A DNA stretch of 47,623 bases from sequence record PZ445468.1; one strand, given 5' to 3'. Source of the DNA: a phage. Position numbers and translations under genes: made by a program. Below are positions 45,453-47,623 of the stretch, piece by piece; the first letter of the stretch is position 1; every line of letters starts with the position of its first letter. Below the pieces are notes generated by a model. It did not search any database and was not told where the DNA came from. It saw nothing but the letters and a program-made list of their open reading frames with translations.

Positions 45453-46115
45453 ATGAGCACTATCACCAAAGAATTCACCAAAGAGCAGTTACAGCAAATT
45501 ATCGAAACTGACCACGTTCAATGTGGTGAGGCTTCTGCACTGGCGCGTATCGCGCTGGCATCACTCGAAGCGGAGCCTGTAGCGTGGGCGCACAGATTAA
45601 TCAACAAGCGTAACGGAGTCGTTCACCCTTGGGTTTACGGTAGCGCAGAGGCGTGTCCAAGCGAGGTGGATATCTTCAATATTGAGGTAATGCCGCTCTA
45701 CACCGCCCAGCCAGCGCCGGTATCTGTGCCCGTAGCTCTGAATCGACTGCGCTCCATAGTGGCTGACCCAAGAGCTTTACCTCGGCGCAAGGAGTGGATT
45801 AGTGGGCAGCAATACAGCTATGTGCTTCTTGAAAACGTAGAGGCGATGGTAGATGACGCCTGCCGCACCGCCATGCTTCATGGCTCAGAACCGGAAACTG
45901 ATAACACAAACCAGCAATTCGAAAGCCTGGATAAAAGTGAATATCTACCCGTTCATATTAATTATCAGTGCGCTCTATGTGGCGCACGCTTTAGTGGGGA
46001 TGTATTGATGACCAGACACCAACGACGCCGCTATACCACTGGCGCTAAAATCTTCCTTGCTGTTTATATGTTAGCACTGGTGGCAGCCATTGCAGGAGTT
46101 GTGCATTATGTTTAA
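45453..46115 (+). CDS. hypothetical protein (220 aa)
   Basis: ORF, hydrophobic C-terminal tail. Confidence 0.45.
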   Translation: MSTITKEFTKEQLQQIIETDHVQCGEASALARIALASLEAEPVAWAHRLINKRNGVVHPWVYGSAEACPSEVDIFNIEVMPLYTAQPAPVSVPVALNRLRSIVADPRALPRRKEWISGQQYSYVLLENVEAMVDDACRTAMLHGSEPETDNTNQQFESLDKSEYLPVHINYQCALCGARFSGDVLMTRHQRRRYTTGAKIFLAVYMLALVAAIAGVVHYV

Positions 46116-46287
46116 CGATATCAACGAAGCCATTCTTCATGCCATAAAGAAGCACGCAATGTATGGCAAGCGATACCATTTCGCTCTTATCCAGAGATTA
46201 AACAAAATTGAGGTGAGCACTCATCCAGAAGATGACAGACGACAGGTGATGTGGTCAACGAGGTCTATGAAGCATGCAAACAACTAA
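46108..46287 (+). CDS. hypothetical protein
   Basis: ORF, ATG internal to track ORF. Confidence 0.35.
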   Translation: MFNDINEAILHAIKKHAMYGKRYHFALIQRLNKIEVSTHPEDDRRQVMWSTRSMKHANN

Positions 46288-46447
46288 ACAGAAAGTCTGG
46301 CAACTCGCCAAACAACACGAGCTGGATGATTTTATCGCAAAGGTGGCAAAGACATTCCCTGACGCACTTGAAATCGTTCATGTGCAGACGCGAACAGAAA
46401 ATGCATGGTGCTATGCTGGCAAGCGTGATAATGATGGTATACAATAA
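46274..46447 (+). CDS. hypothetical protein (57 aa)
   Basis: short ORF read by eye with GAGG RBS. Confidence 0.3.
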   Translation: MQTTKQKVWQLAKQHELDDFIAKVAKTFPDALEIVHVQTRTENAWCYAGKRDNDGIQ

Positions 46448-46492
46448 GCACATAACCACCATTGCTTTCACTCATATCATCACCCAACCTTT

Positions 46493-46518
46493 AACCCGCC
46501 TTGTGCGGGTTCTTTTTT
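46493..46518 (+). terminator. rho-independent terminator
   Basis: AACCCGCCTTGTGCGGGTTCTTTTTT. Confidence 0.7.
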
Positions 46519-46540
46519 ATCTACGTCTATGTGTTAAAAT
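46519..46540 (+). promoter_or_regulatory. extended -10 promoter TGTGTTAAAAT preceded by ATCTACGTC
   Basis: TGnTAAAAT 36 nt upstream of 46576 ATG. Confidence 0.45.
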
Positions 46541-46575
46541 TAACGTATGTGAGTTACTCAAAGAACACAAAAGAC

Positions 46576-47016
46576 ATGGCGAATCCAAATCCAAAACACA
46601 AGTTTTCCTCTACAAATCAACCACCTCCGCGCGGCAAGAGCTATCGTACTGTGCTACTTGAGGCATTGCGTGCTGCAAATACGCCGATGAATGAGATTGA
46701 ATTCGTCACGTACTACATCAATAGAGCAATGACATGTGAAGATGCTCAAGCTACCGGTATGTTGCGGGAAATATTTCTGCGGCTCAATCCAATTCCAAAG
46801 CCTGTAGCTCCTCCTGTAGAATTTGATTTCCCAGCTGACGGAACTCCAGTGCAAAAAATGGATGCAATCATCAAGGGCGTCTCCACTGGCGTTGTTCCTG
46901 CTGATATCGGCAAGATGATGGCTGACATTATCAAGTCTGGCCTTGATATTCAGGAGATCACCGAACTCGCCGCGAGACTTGAGCGACTGGAGAAATTACT
47001 GGAGCAACAACAGTAA
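46576..47016 (+). CDS. putative terminase small subunit
   Basis: basic NPNPKHKF N-terminus; sits upstream of HNH and large terminase across the window junction. Confidence 0.4.
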   Translation: MANPNPKHKFSSTNQPPPRGKSYRTVLLEALRAANTPMNEIEFVTYYINRAMTCEDAQATGMLREIFLRLNPIPKPVAPPVEFDFPADGTPVQKMDAIIKGVSTGVVPADIGKMMADIIKSGLDIQEITELAARLERLEKLLEQQQ

Positions 47017-47115
47017 CTGATTTATAATAATCAATGCGGCTAGGGGGCACCCGAAAAGCGACTCATCACCGCCTGCCGCATTCACTTCAATGATGCCCTG
47101 ATGAGGAAGCTATAT

Positions 47116-47623
47116 ATGCTTACGCAAGCAGAATTAAAACACATCCTTGATTACAATCCTGACACCGGAATTTTTACATGGAAAAACCCACACAAGCAGG
47201 GAAGGGCTAAACCCGGGAAGATAGCAGGAACAATAAAATTATGCGGCACCGTTGGTAGCAAGCGGCTGTATCACTACATTCATTTTGGAAGGAAGTGGTA
47301 TAGATCACACAGGCTGGCTTGGCTTTACATGACTGGTAGTTGGCCTGAAAAAGAAATAGACCACATAAACAACAATACGCTTGATAATCGTTTTGTTAAT
47401 CTGCGAGAGGCTGACCATCAACAAAATGGTTACAACAAAAAGCTACAGGCAAACAACATGTCAGGGGTTAAGGGTGTGTACTGGGATAAATCAAGATGCA
47501 AGTGGATGGCGAGATTAAATATAAATGGCAGGGAGGTTAACATTGGCAGGTTTGCCAACATTGAAGATGCAGTCAAAAAGATAATGGAAGAAAGAGAGAA
47601 ACATCACGGGGAGTCTTGTAATC
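47116..47623 (+). CDS. HNH-AP2 homing endonuclease (runs off window end)
   Basis: GIFTW, RLAW, IDHINNNTLDNRFVNLREA HNH motif and AP2-like C-terminus; no stop within window. Confidence 0.7.
   Translation, partial: MLTQAELKHILDYNPDTGIFTWKNPHKQGRAKPGKIAGTIKLCGTVGSKRLYHYIHFGRKWYRSHRLAWLYMTGSWPEKEIDHINNNTLDNRFVNLREADHQQNGYNKKLQANNMSGVKGVYWDKSRCKWMARLNINGREVNIGRFANIEDAVKKIMEEREKHHGESCN

Overview
This 47.6-kb window reads as a complete, arbitrarily linearised genome of a tailed, siphovirus-like phage of an enterobacterial host; no integrase, repressor or CRISPR array was seen. The two ends are contiguous: the HNH endonuclease ORF running off the 3' end closes with a TAG at window positions 6-8 when joined to position 1, overlapping the terminase ATG. 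Gene order is: large terminase, portal, Mu-F-like head morphogenesis protein, lysis cassette (GH24 endolysin, putative holin, embedded i-/o-spanin pair), scaffold/protease-like protein, major capsid protein, neck genes, two minus-strand tRNAs (Arg-TCT, Ser-GCT), major tail protein, chaperone, tape measure, tail-tip proteins and a beta-helix-type tailspike. A minus-strand replication/recombination operon follows (SSB, ATPase, PD-(D/E)XK exonuclease, VRR-NUC, DExH helicase), then a Zn-ribbon primase, an iteron-rich AT-rich putative origin, an early-gene block and a putative small terminase. The structural module is interrupted by several antisense accessory operons. The observations most worth follow-up are: a half-length DnaN beta-clamp homologue in an operon with a ParB/DGQHR-like protein; an HNH endonuclease paralogue with an in-frame TAA; a 0.9-kb ORF-poor segment next to the tRNAs with long perfect inverted repeats; a motif (A/T)ATCTAC(A/G)TCA recurring at 15 or more intergenic sites; and a sharp GC drop in the last ~640 bp of the tailspike gene. 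All functional calls rest on motif recognition by eye, not database searches.
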